Shown: one piece after another, positions 1-9,288 of the stretch
Layout: every line of letters begins with the position of its first letter
Position numbering within the stretch: position 1 is the first letter of the stretch
Virus record (IMG/VR): IMGVR_UViG_3300032280_000642
Span: 86,391 to 150,390 of that record
DNA: 64,000 nucleotides
Source: a virus
Lineage: Duplodnaviria; Caudoviricetes
Reading direction: 5' to 3' (one strand)
Made by a program: the position numbers and the translations under genes
The notes under the pieces: model-generated
What the model saw: only the letters and a program-made list of their open reading frames with translations
Told to the model about the DNA's origin: nothing
The model's database searches: none

Positions 1-53
1 AGTGTGGTGAAAAGCACATTGGTTATTATGATATTAGTACTACTTATAAAATA

Positions 54-287
54 ATGGAAGATAATTTCTTACAAATGTTATATTCTGATAGATTTATTAC
101 AAAACTTAGTAATATTTACGGAATTAAGAAAAAATATATTCAAATGAAATTAAAAAATTCAGATGATATAACCCTTGAAAACACTAACTATCCCAACAGT
201 AAGATAGTTTTTGAGATAGAGTTTAATGATCCTATTTGGTTCATAAAGTACAATAGAGATATGTTAATCAAGCATTTACTTAATTAA
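54..287 (+). CDS. hypothetical protein with C-terminal RDMLIKHLL motif (may begin upstream of the window)
   Basis: ORF track; ends with the R-x-x-x-I-x-x-L motif seen in other small proteins here. Confidence 0.55.
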   Translation: MEDNFLQMLYSDRFITKLSNIYGIKKKYIQMKLKNSDDITLENTNYPNSKIVFEIEFNDPIWFIKYNRDMLIKHLLN

Positions 288-310
288 CAGAAAAAAGTTA
301 CAATATTCTT

Positions 311-320
311 TTAATATATA
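311..320 (+). promoter_or_regulatory. putative phage late promoter TTAATATATA (representative copy)
   Basis: Exact copies also at 7067, 25790, 41307, 46136, 55374 (+) and 7019, 23319, 24421, 34597, 35689, 45232 (-), each just upstream of a start codon. Confidence 0.7.
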
Positions 321-340
321 AAAGAAAAATATTGTAAATT

Positions 341-1153
341 ATGTTATTAAAAGTAGGTTCAAAGGGAGACGATGTTAAGAAACTCCAAGAGAAATTAGGT
401 ACTACGGCTGATGGAGATTTCGGACCAGGTACAGAGAAATTAGTAAAAGAATGGCAATCCGCAAATGGTTTAACAGCTGACGGACTTGTTGGTGATGGAA
501 CTTGGACAAAAATGTTTGGTTCGGCACCAGTTGCAGTACCGGTTACATCAGGAACTTTAAAGTTAGAAAAATTAAAAGGACACATTCCTGATGCAGTAAT
601 TGCACAAATTCCAGATACTGCTGCAAAATTTGGTATTACTACAAATTTAAGATTAGCTCACTTTTTATCACAATGTGGCCATGAGTCAGGTGGTTTCAAA
701 GCAGTTTCAGAAAACTTAAACTATTCTGCAGATGGATTAGTAAAAATATTTGGTAAATATTTTAATGCTACTACTGCAGCAGGTTATGCAAGAAATCCAG
801 AAAAAATTGCTTCTAAAGTTTATGCATCAAGAATGGGTAACGGTAACGAAGCTTCAAAAGAAGGTTTCAAATTTAGAGGTAGAGGTTATATTCAATTAAC
901 TGGTAAAGAAAACTATACAAAATTTGGTAAATTTATTGGTGAAGATATTGCTTCAAATCCAGATTTAGTTGCAACTAAATATCCTTTAGCTTCTGCAGCA
1001 TTCTTCTTTAATTCTAATGGTCTTTGGGCTATTTGTGATAAAGGTGCTGATACGGCGACAGTTACTGCAGTAACTAAAAGAGTAAACGGAGGAGTCATTG
1101 GGCTAGATGATCGTATTAAACACTTCAAAGAGTATTATAACTTATTGAAATAA
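341..1153 (+). CDS. endolysin: N-terminal peptidoglycan-binding domain plus glycoside hydrolase family 19 domain
   Basis: LKVGSKGDDVKKLQ..DGDFGPGT..WQ..GL.ADG.VG (PG_binding_1); AHFLSQCGHESGG, ENLNYSA, FRGRGYIQLTGKENY, TKRVNGG (GH19). Confidence 0.92.
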   Translation: MLLKVGSKGDDVKKLQEKLGTTADGDFGPGTEKLVKEWQSANGLTADGLVGDGTWTKMFGSAPVAVPVTSGTLKLEKLKGHIPDAVIAQIPDTAAKFGITTNLRLAHFLSQCGHESGGFKAVSENLNYSADGLVKIFGKYFNATTAAGYARNPEKIASKVYASRMGNGNEASKEGFKFRGRGYIQLTGKENYTKFGKFIGEDIASNPDLVATKYPLASAAFFFNSNGLWAICDKGADTATVTAVTKRVNGGVIGLDDRIKHFKEYYNLLK

Positions 1154-1154
1154 T

Positions 1155-1184
1155 AAAAAAGTCGAGTAAATCTCGACTTTTTTT
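1155..1184. terminator. bidirectional intrinsic terminator
   Basis: AAAAAAGTCGAG-taaat-CTCGACTTTTTT between convergent genes. Confidence 0.85.
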
Positions 1185-1854
1185 ATTGTAATAACTTTTC
1201 TAGTTTAACATTTCTCATAATAGATTCATAACCAACTAAAGAAATTTTAGATATTGTATCAACTATTTTATCCTTATTAAAGAATCCATTGTAAATAGTT
1301 ACATTACTATCACTACTATAAATAACTTTTACAAATAAATTAGGTTGTAATCTAACTATAAACTTTTCAATGAATTTATTATCTTCATCATGTATTTCAA
1401 TATAAAATGATTGTTCATACTCTGCACCATAATTAAATTGTGACTTAGTAAATCCTAGCTTATCCAGGTACTCAATAACTAAGTCCTGCTTTTTATAACG
1501 ACAAGTAAGTTTAGTTTCAGTATCATAGTAAGAAAATCTTGAAGGAAATCCTTCAAAGAAGTCAATGCCACCAATATGATAAGTATCATTATATTTCTCC
1601 AACTCTTTATCTAACTCACCTGTAAGATAAGCTAGTTTTTCTTCTCTTGAAGAAGAATTACTTATAATTTTTTTAGTTATCTCACTATCAAAGATAAAAT
1701 AAGTTTGTCCTGTTAAAGAAGCAGTTCTTTCACAATTATCAATTAGTTCTTGTGAAATTTCACTCTTTTCGTAGGTAAAAAATGTTTCGTGCTTTTTTTC
1801 TTGTTCAGTATCTTCATCAATAAATCCAATACCTTTACCTTGTATTATTTTCAT
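1183..1854 (-). CDS. hypothetical protein (start moved to MKIIQGKG; C-terminal RNVKLEKLL motif)
   Basis: The track ORF 1183..1989 overlaps the divergent gene; an AAAC-N17-TATAAT element at 1859-1885 (minus) supports a start at 1854. Confidence 0.65.
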   Translation of the reverse strand: MKIIQGKGIGFIDEDTEQEKKHETFFTYEKSEISQELIDNCERTASLTGQTYFIFDSEITKKIISNSSSREEKLAYLTGELDKELEKYNDTYHIGGIDFFEGFPSRFSYYDTETKLTCRYKKQDLVIEYLDKLGFTKSQFNYGAEYEQSFYIEIHDEDNKFIEKFIVRLQPNLFVKVIYSSDSNVTIYNGFFNKDKIVDTISKISLVGYESIMRNVKLEKLLQ

Positions 1855-1928
1855 AAACATTATATAAAAAATAAAAAAATGGTTTTTCAAATATAATATA
1901 TAATTAAACAAAAAATATAGAAATATAA

Positions 1929-2270
1929 ATGAAACATTTAAAAACATTTGAATCTCATTCAATAAATGAAGAAGAAGGAAGAATATCACAGTTTTTTAGA
2001 GGTCACGATTCAAGTGAAGATAGAGATGCAAAAATGAGAGAATTCTTTAAAGAATTGGATTCTTATGAAGCGCAGGCTAAAAATGATACTGAGATAGTAT
2101 TTAATAGACAATCTTTAGAGAAAAAAGCTAAAGACAATAATTATAAAGGTCATTTAGAAGCTAGAGATTCTAGAAGTGGTGGTACTTATATCATATATGT
2201 TGATGGGGTATCTGATTTTGGAAAACTTGCATCACTTGCGGCAAATAGAAGAGATAATCCACTAGGATAA
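1929..2270 (+). CDS. hypothetical protein with capsid-targeting-like N-terminus (MKHLKTFESH)
   Basis: ORF, upstream TATATA, N-terminal tag. Confidence 0.7.
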   Translation: MKHLKTFESHSINEEEGRISQFFRGHDSSEDRDAKMREFFKELDSYEAQAKNDTEIVFNRQSLEKKAKDNNYKGHLEARDSRSGGTYIIYVDGVSDFGKLASLAANRRDNPLG

Positions 2271-2308
2271 TAATTTTCTTATATTAACAATAAAAAAAAT
2301 CTCGTCTA

Positions 2309-2731
2309 TTAAGAACGAGATTTTTTTAATATTTTTTTATCTACTTTATCTAAAGATTTTAAACCACATTCATTGATTTTATCTAGGACATCATCAACGG
2401 TTTCATTATCTAATCTAAACCTTTTAAATAATTTAGGAGTAAGTGATTCTACTTCTGGATACAATTTTTGTAACTCACCAGAAATCACTTTGTTAGAAAC
2501 ATCTTTGATTTCAATTACAAAATATTTTTTCATTATATCAACAACTCTTTTCAATTTTATAGTATTTAATCTAACAAACATTTCATCGTTATCAGAAAAT
2601 CCTATATAATTAGTATCTTTTTCGTTTAAAGAAAGTGCAATCTCTTCAAAAAATGGATGTGAGAAATCATTATTATCTGAATTAATGTTTTCAACATCCT
2701 CTACAATAGTTATTTGATATATTCTATTCAT
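2309..2731 (-). CDS. hypothetical protein with C-terminal VDDVLDKI..G..SL...DK..L motif
   Basis: ORF preceded by a Bacteroidota-type promoter. Confidence 0.7.
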   Translation of the reverse strand: MNRIYQITIVEDVENINSDNNDFSHPFFEEIALSLNEKDTNYIGFSDNDEMFVRLNTIKLKRVVDIMKKYFVIEIKDVSNKVISGELQKLYPEVESLTPKLFKRFRLDNETVDDVLDKINECGLKSLDKVDKKILKKSRS

Positions 2732-2750
2732 ATCTTATATATTTAGATCT

Positions 2751-2781
2751 CAAATATAAAACAAATAACTTAATTACCAAA
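2751..2781 (-). promoter_or_regulatory. Bacteroidota sigma-A type promoter (-33 TTTG / -7 TATATTTG)
   Basis: Minus strand: TTTG at 2778-2781, 19-nt spacer, TATATTTG at 2751-2758. Confidence 0.7.
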
Positions 2782-2838
2782 ATAATTCTAACTTTTTTTG
2801 TAAAAATGTATATAAAATAAAAAATAGACGGAAATAAA

Positions 2839-4365
2839 ATGCTGGTAGAAACACAATATTTAACAAATACAAAGAAATTAGTAGTAAGCTATGTAGATAA
2901 AACGGGCGATATAAAGCTAAAGTATTACAACTGGGACACCCCAATGAAATATGTATCTTGTGAAGATACAGATCCACAAAAACACGCTGAATTTAGATCT
3001 TGGGATGGTAAATCAGTAAAACAAATCGAAGTAAATCATCCTGATAGATACGCAATCTATGAGTTTTTAGATTCACTTCCAGAAAAAGAAAAAGAAGAAA
3101 TCTTTGAGTTTAACTTACCAAAGATATTCTTTATAGATATTGAAACAGAAATCGTTGATGGTTTTCCAGAAGCCGCGGATATTAAAGATGCAGACGGAAA
3201 TGTTATAAAAGAAGGTGCCGCAACTGCAGTACTTTCTATATCTATCGTTTATGACGATAAAATTATTCTTCTTGGTTTAAAAGATATGCCAGAAGATATG
3301 CAAAATAGAATTTGTGATAACACAAATAAATACTTTGAGAAATTTGGTACAGAATATAAGTTTAGATATGTTAAATACGAATCTGAATTTGATATGCTTT
3401 ACGCTTTCTTTGAGAAAATGATTCCAAAAATGCCAATTTTAACTGGTTGGAACTTCTTACAATATGACTGGTTATATTTAGTAAACAGAAGTAGAAAAAT
3501 TTCTAAATGGGCTAACGGTAAAGAATGGAAAATAGACCCTGCCGTTTCATCACCTTTAAAAAGAATAAATAAAATGTGGGGTACTGATTATGAAGTTCCT
3601 GCACATAGAATGATTTTTGATTACATGCAATTGTATGAAATCTGTGATACCTCTATAAAAGTAAAGGAATCTTCTTCTTTAGATTTCGTTGCCAATAAGT
3701 TAGTTGGAGTTGAGAAGATTAAGTATAACGGTTCATTACAAAAACTTTATGAAGACGATTTTGAAACATTTATGTATTATAACGCGGTCGATTCAGTACT
3801 TGTACAGAAAATACACGAATCAAGAAACTATATTTCAATTATTTATGCGATCTCATCATTAGCAAAGATTAGAATTGTCGATGTAGTATCTCAAATGAAT
3901 AACGCATTAGGTTCATTGGCGATTACCGAAGGAGTTTTAAGAAACAGATTTAGAGAAATGGACAACATTGTTCTTTTCAAAGATGAACGAGGTGATGGAG
4001 AATCAACAATTGCTGGTGGTTGGGTTAAAGACCCTGTAGTAGGAATGAATAGATGGGTAGTTATTTATGACTTTGCATCACTATATCCTACAACTCAAAG
4101 ACAATTCTTTATTGCACCAGAGACATTTGTTGGAGTTCAAGACGAAAAGAACAAAGGTTTCTGTGATAATGGTAGACCGATTGACGAGGAAAAACACGTT
4201 GTTTGTGTAAATGGTGTAGTTTTTGAGAAAAGACTATCACCAACACTTAGAATGTTAGAAGATGTTTATGCAGATAGAAAGTATAACAAAGGAATTATGA
4301 TGAGAAAGAAAGATGAACTAAAAGAAGTTATGGATCAAATAAAAGAACTTGAAGAATCACTATAA
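2839..4365 (+). CDS. polB: family B DNA polymerase, N-terminal subunit (3'-5' exonuclease plus motif A); split gene
   Basis: ExoI FIDIETE, ExoII GWNFLQYD, ExoIII YNAVD, motif A YDFASLYP; stops before motifs B and C. Confidence 0.88.
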   Translation: MLVETQYLTNTKKLVVSYVDKTGDIKLKYYNWDTPMKYVSCEDTDPQKHAEFRSWDGKSVKQIEVNHPDRYAIYEFLDSLPEKEKEEIFEFNLPKIFFIDIETEIVDGFPEAADIKDADGNVIKEGAATAVLSISIVYDDKIILLGLKDMPEDMQNRICDNTNKYFEKFGTEYKFRYVKYESEFDMLYAFFEKMIPKMPILTGWNFLQYDWLYLVNRSRKISKWANGKEWKIDPAVSSPLKRINKMWGTDYEVPAHRMIFDYMQLYEICDTSIKVKESSSLDFVANKLVGVEKIKYNGSLQKLYEDDFETFMYYNAVDSVLVQKIHESRNYISIIYAISSLAKIRIVDVVSQMNNALGSLAITEGVLRNRFREMDNIVLFKDERGDGESTIAGGWVKDPVVGMNRWVVIYDFASLYPTTQRQFFIAPETFVGVQDEKNKGFCDNGRPIDEEKHVVCVNGVVFEKRLSPTLRMLEDVYADRKYNKGIMMRKKDELKEVMDQIKELEESL

Positions 4366-4370
4366 ATAAT

Positions 4371-4398
4371 AAAACCTCTACAGAGAAGTAGAGGTTTT
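4371..4398. terminator. bidirectional intrinsic terminator
   Basis: AAAACCTCTAC-agagaa-GTAGAGGTTTT. Confidence 0.8.
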
Positions 4399-4573
4399 AT
4401 TCATTTAGAGCGTCAATATGTTGAGTGAAATATTGTCCAAATTTTTCAATACAAAGGTCATAGATTTCAAACTCATTTGAAAGTCCTCTCTCCAATAATT
4501 CGTCAATAAAATTAAAAATTTCATCTGCTGTTGTATAAACAGAAAATTCGTCGTGATGTAAGATATGTTCCAT
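4397..4573 (-). CDS. small acidic hypothetical protein (likely start MEHILH)
   Basis: ORF; TATATA at 4594-4599 lies inside the longer call. Confidence 0.55.
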   Translation of the reverse strand: MEHILHHDEFSVYTTADEIFNFIDELLERGLSNEFEIYDLCIEKFGQYFTQHIDALNE

Positions 4574-4722
4574 AGAAAAGTGGTAGTTTAATCTATATAT
4601 CATATAAAAAATATAAAAAACCTTGTTTTTTAATAAAAAACTAAAATAAATTTAAAAAAAATCATTTTTTAAACAATTATCTTTTATATCATATAAAAAG
4701 TAACAAAAAAACCATAGCAAAT

Positions 4723-6390
4723 ATGTCATTAAAGAAAGACCTTTCAAAATATCAACCACGTCAACAACAACAAGAAGCAATAGATTTTATAGACCAACAA
4801 TTTAAAAAAGATCCAACAACTAAGTTTTTCTTATTAGATATGCCCGTGGGAACAGGTAAGTCTCATTTAGCTTTAATGATAGCAGATTGGTATAAAAGAA
4901 GTAAAAATAAAATGGCTAGAGTTGATATAATTACCAACTCAAAAATTCTACAAGATCAATACTCAAGTACTTATGAATCTATTGCAGATTTAAAAGGTAA
5001 AGAAAACTATGAATGTTCTTCTTATGCTTGTTCTTGTGCACAAGGTGCCGAGTTTAATCGTTTAAACAAAACTTCTTGTGAGGTTTGCCCTTATTCTTCA
5101 GCTAGAGAAAGTTATATAAGTAGTGGAGTTTCTTTAACAAACTTTTATCTTTATATTCTTTATGCAATGTATAATCAAAAGCTAATGGATGCTAGAGATG
5201 CAAGAGTTTTGATTGTAGATGAGGCACACGACTTTGATGATATAATGAGTTCATTTATTTCTATTAAAATAACTGAAGCTGTAATTAAAAGATTTAGTTT
5301 TTCTAATGAACATGATTTGATTTCAAGACTAAAGGCAGTTACTACTATTAGTGGTTATGTTGATTTCCTAGTTTACTTTAACAATGAGGTTGTTACTACA
5401 ATGGAACAGATGGAGAAAGGTATGTCTAAGGCAGAAAGAGACGTAGTTCAAGACAAAAGAGATTTAAAAATCAACAAAGTTTTAAACGGTAAAAACAGTG
5501 ATGTTAAACTAATGCAACTGATTACTGATTTAAACCAATATAAAATGAAGATTGAACTATTCTTAACTGAATATAAAGCAAATCCTAATAACTGGGTATT
5601 AGAACCTTCTTATAATGAAAAGTTAAGACAAAAAGAACTATCATTGGAACCAATTTGGGCTTATGATTACCTAGACAAGTATGTTTTTTCTCACTATGAT
5701 ATGGTCTTTTTAATGTCTGGTACTATTTTAGACAAAAATCTTTTCTGTCAGTTAAATGGATTAGATGTTACTAAAGCCGCTTATCACTCGATTGAGTCTC
5801 CTTTCCCTGTAAAGAATAGACCTATTATTTATATGCCGATTGGTAAGATGTCTTATAAGAATAAAGAAGAAACTTTTCAAAGATATATTCCTTATATTAA
5901 GAAGATAATGAATAAGTATGCTGGTCAGAAAGGAATTATACATACAAATTCATTTGAATTATCAAATTGGATCCAAAAAGGAATAAAAGATAAGAGATTT
6001 GTATTTCATGACTCAACAAATAAAGATGAAATTTTAAGAATGCACTGTGAAACTGATAAACCAACGGTTTTAGTTAGCCCTAGTATGGATACTGGTGTTT
6101 CATTAGATGATGATTTAGCAAGATTTCAAATTATTGCTAAAGTTCCTTATCCAAGTTTAGGTTCTCAAAAGAATAAAATGAGACAAAGTAATAATCCTGA
6201 TTGGTATGCTTGGAAGACTGTTTCCGGATTTATTCAAATGACTGGTAGACCAGTACGTTCGATTGATGATTATGCAGATACTATTATAATTGACGGTTCA
6301 TTTGGAGACGTTTTAAGACATAGTTCTCACTTCTTACCTAATTGGATTCAAGACGCTATTAAAAAGGTTACCATTAAAGCCACAACATAA
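4723..6390 (+). CDS. DinG/YoaA/XPD-family SF2 helicase with probable Fe-S cluster
   Basis: Q motif PRQQQ, Walker A PVGTGKS, KGKENYEC..C..C..CPY, DEAH, MSGT, QMTGRPVRS..D. Confidence 0.9.
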   Translation: MSLKKDLSKYQPRQQQQEAIDFIDQQFKKDPTTKFFLLDMPVGTGKSHLALMIADWYKRSKNKMARVDIITNSKILQDQYSSTYESIADLKGKENYECSSYACSCAQGAEFNRLNKTSCEVCPYSSARESYISSGVSLTNFYLYILYAMYNQKLMDARDARVLIVDEAHDFDDIMSSFISIKITEAVIKRFSFSNEHDLISRLKAVTTISGYVDFLVYFNNEVVTTMEQMEKGMSKAERDVVQDKRDLKINKVLNGKNSDVKLMQLITDLNQYKMKIELFLTEYKANPNNWVLEPSYNEKLRQKELSLEPIWAYDYLDKYVFSHYDMVFLMSGTILDKNLFCQLNGLDVTKAAYHSIESPFPVKNRPIIYMPIGKMSYKNKEETFQRYIPYIKKIMNKYAGQKGIIHTNSFELSNWIQKGIKDKRFVFHDSTNKDEILRMHCETDKPTVLVSPSMDTGVSLDDDLARFQIIAKVPYPSLGSQKNKMRQSNNPDWYAWKTVSGFIQMTGRPVRSIDDYADTIIIDGSFGDVLRHSSHFLPNWIQDAIKKVTIKATT

Positions 6391-6417
6391 AAAAAGACCC
6401 AATTGGGTCTTTTTTTT
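6389..6417. terminator. bidirectional intrinsic terminator
   Basis: AAAAAAGACCCA-AT-TGGGTCTTTTTTT. Confidence 0.8.
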
Positions 6418-6435
6418 ATTTATATTAATTTCTGA

Positions 6436-6996
6436 TTATTTCTGTTTTTTAAGTATTGAATCCTGTAATGCTTTTGGTAACTTCTTTTGTGCAGCCGTTA
6501 AACCCTTTTTATCACCAACTTTACCATCTTTAACATCTTTAGCGGCTTTTTTCATAGGTTCTTTTTTATCACCATTTTTGTTTAAATCTAAGAAATCTGG
6601 TTTATCTTCTTTTCCACCTTTTTTATCGTCTTCTTTATCTTTACTTTTAGCTTTTTGTTTATCTAAATATGCTTTGAAACCTGGATTCATTTTTTTCTTT
6701 TCAACGACTCTTTCATCACCCCATTTTCTGATTGTGTTTCCTGCTTGATTTTCTTCTTCCTCTTCTTCTTCTTCTTCTGATAATCCATAGTCATCTTCAT
6801 GTTCTCCTAATTCATTAGTATCATCACAAGTTGTGCAATCTTCTTCATCTTCTCCAAAGTTTTCAAAGTCATCTTCATTGAATTCATTTCCTTCTTCACC
6901 GAATTGGGCTACATCACTCTCACGTTCCTGTGCGAATCTACCGTACTTTTCTTCTTCTTCAAATGAAAAGTTTTCAAATCTTTTAATATGTTTCAT
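6436..6996 (-). CDS. charge-bipolar (acidic N-half, basic C-half) protein with capsid-targeting-like N-terminus
   Basis: MKHIKRFENF; poly-E tract; KPDFLDLNKNGDKKEPMKKAAKD. Confidence 0.75.
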   Translation of the reverse strand: MKHIKRFENFSFEEEEKYGRFAQERESDVAQFGEEGNEFNEDDFENFGEDEEDCTTCDDTNELGEHEDDYGLSEEEEEEEEENQAGNTIRKWGDERVVEKKKMNPGFKAYLDKQKAKSKDKEDDKKGGKEDKPDFLDLNKNGDKKEPMKKAAKDVKDGKVGDKKGLTAAQKKLPKALQDSILKKQK

Positions 6997-7080
6997 ATTT
7001 TATAAAGCTATTTTTTATTATATATTAAACTTTTTTAATGCTTTTTCTGATTTTTAATATAAATTTTTAATATATATGAT

Positions 7081-7863
7081 ATGAAAATAACAAAATTTCA
7101 ACAATACTCTCTTCAAGACTCAATGGTTAATGATTTTATCAACTCATTTGACGGTTTAATCACTGAATCCGATGAAACTGAATACAAAAAAATTCAAAAA
7201 AGAGTAATAAGTGATTTAAGATTAAATGGAAATTTGTCTTTAACATTTGGTGCTGGTATTCAAGCACTTTATCCAGTTGTTAGTAAACTAATGACTAATA
7301 TGAAAATTAGTTCTATTGAAGTAACTGCAGATAAAGTCGTTCTTTTAACAATATGTGCGTTTACAATAGTTTATTTAGAAGAGAAAAAGTTTAAAGATGG
7401 TCAGGAAGAAGATGTTTTAACTAAAGATTCTAAATCTATGTTAGAAGAATTAAAAATGATGGGTATTGGAAATGGAATTGTTAAGAAAGTAGTTAAACTA
7501 TTTAAGTCAATTACTGCAATTTTTAATTTAATTGGTAAACATATAAATTCAGTAGTTAAAGGATTTGTTGATATGTTCGCTTATACTGCAATTTTGATAC
7601 CTATAATGAATGGTATTCTTTATATAGTTGGTAAATATGATCTAAATGTAGATAGTTTCTTAGAAAATTTTGCTGCATTAACAATGGGAGTTGGTACTCT
7701 TATAGCAAAAAATGGAATTATATCAATTATTGATAAATTAAAAGACAAACTTAGTCAAAAAGATAAAAAAGAAATAGTGGATGAGGTCGATACTAATATA
7801 ATAAAGAAGGTATCTGACTTTACACTTAACCCCGAAGATGGTGAAATGATTAATGAACAATAA
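7081..7863 (+). CDS. predicted membrane protein with capsid-targeting-like N-terminus
   Basis: MKITKFQQY; hydrophobic segments VVLLTICAFTIVYL, FAYTAILIPIMNGILYIV, FAALTMGVGTLIA. Confidence 0.7.
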   Translation: MKITKFQQYSLQDSMVNDFINSFDGLITESDETEYKKIQKRVISDLRLNGNLSLTFGAGIQALYPVVSKLMTNMKISSIEVTADKVVLLTICAFTIVYLEEKKFKDGQEEDVLTKDSKSMLEELKMMGIGNGIVKKVVKLFKSITAIFNLIGKHINSVVKGFVDMFAYTAILIPIMNGILYIVGKYDLNVDSFLENFAALTMGVGTLIAKNGIISIIDKLKDKLSQKDKKEIVDEVDTNIIKKVSDFTLNPEDGEMINEQ

Positions 7864-7871
7864 ATTATAGC

Positions 7872-7898
7872 AAACTTAAATGCAGGTTTTCATATAAT
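7872..7898 (+). promoter_or_regulatory. putative phage middle promoter AAAC-N17-TATAAT (representative copy)
   Basis: Same spacing at 4671, 9249, 13019, 24819 (+) and 1885 (-); N18 variants at 2789, 16434, 38629. Confidence 0.6.
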
Positions 7899-7918
7899 AA
7901 TAAAATTAATCGAAATTA

Positions 7919-9247
7919 ATGACACCACAATTAGAAAAAGTATTTTTCAATTACATTTTAAAGAATAAGAAGTATTTTGATGTAGTTAAAACGTTCTTTT
8001 TTAGAAATTCTGAAATTCAATTTGTTTACGGAGTTATCAGACAATACATGCTAGATAATAATGATCCTGGTATACCTACACCAAGACAGATATTAGACAT
8101 GGTCGCTCTTGAAGACAAAGAAGGTGTTATCACTAAAGATATTTTAAAATCAATTTTACAAGTAGACCTTAAAGAGTACGATGAAAAAAACTTCATCGAA
8201 CCAAAATTTAACGCTTGGATTTTAGCCAATCGTTTAAAAACTGGGACTGTTGATATTATCGATGAAACCAGAAACCTTGATTCTATCTCAGACTTTGAAA
8301 AGGCAGTTGAAGCAGCCGGTCGTATTAAAGCAATCGTAGATGAAATGTCATCTACTAATTTTGTTGATGATGACGATATGGGAACCGACTTTGACGATGC
8401 AGAAAGTCACGTACAAGATAGTTCTCGATTCAAAGTTAGCTGTGGTTTTCCAACTATTGACCATATGTTAGGTGGTGGATGGGATATTGGAACTTTCAAT
8501 GTAATTATGGCAGAGACTAATAATGGTAAATCATTATGGATGCAAAACTTTGCTATCAAATCAGCTGATATGGGACATAATGTTCTTTATATCACTTTAG
8601 AAATGAGTGAAAGAAAAGTTATGAAACGTTTAGGTGCAATGCGTTTAAAAATTCCAATCAATGATTATGATACTATATCAAAAGACACTGATTTAATTAA
8701 GAAAAGAATTGCCGGTTTAAGTAAAACTGATGGTGGTGATATTTTTGATAAAAAAGTTGGTAAGATATATGCCAAATTCTGGGCAGCAGGAACTGCCACC
8801 GTTGCAGATTTTGATAATTACATTCAAAAACTTAAAGAGAAAAAAGGAATTAAAATTGATTTAGTTATTGTTGATTATATCACTCTTGTGGCTGCACCTA
8901 AAGGCACAGGAACTGATAACTTATATTCTAAAGGTAAAGTTTTATCTGAAGGATTAAGAGCAATAGGAGCTAAATATAAATGTCCTGTGATAACTGGAGT
9001 TCAAGTTGCGAAAGATGCTTGGAACTCTGCAGATATTACATTAGAAAGTGTGCCCGAATCTAAGGCTATTGCTGAAACAGCCGACACTTTCTTTGCAATT
9101 ATTCGTACAGAAGAAATGAAAAGACAAAACTTGTATAGATTCAAGTTACTAAAACAAAGAGATGGTGACTTTTTGAAGTCACAGATTAGGCTTACCCTAA
9201 ACTCAACCTACTTAACTTTAGAGAACGACCAGTTCTTAGATAGTTAA
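7919..9247 (+). CDS. replicative DNA helicase, DnaB/T4 gp41-like
   Basis: AETNNGKS (Walker A), LYITLEMSE, VIVDY, ESKAIAETAD, LKQRDG. Confidence 0.9.
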   Translation: MTPQLEKVFFNYILKNKKYFDVVKTFFFRNSEIQFVYGVIRQYMLDNNDPGIPTPRQILDMVALEDKEGVITKDILKSILQVDLKEYDEKNFIEPKFNAWILANRLKTGTVDIIDETRNLDSISDFEKAVEAAGRIKAIVDEMSSTNFVDDDDMGTDFDDAESHVQDSSRFKVSCGFPTIDHMLGGGWDIGTFNVIMAETNNGKSLWMQNFAIKSADMGHNVLYITLEMSERKVMKRLGAMRLKIPINDYDTISKDTDLIKKRIAGLSKTDGGDIFDKKVGKIYAKFWAAGTATVADFDNYIQKLKEKKGIKIDLVIVDYITLVAAPKGTGTDNLYSKGKVLSEGLRAIGAKYKCPVITGVQVAKDAWNSADITLESVPESKAIAETADTFFAIIRTEEMKRQNLYRFKLLKQRDGDFLKSQIRLTLNSTYLTLENDQFLDS

Positions 9248-9288
9248 CAAACAAAATGATATTTTGTTATATAAAAAAATAAAAAACT

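Noticed and set aside
4715-7875. Extra TAGCAAA copies near 4715 and 7868 as further Y-like RNAs
   Set aside because: They lack the GATAC(A/T)TCG motif and the complementary 3' strand; expected by chance in AT-rich DNA
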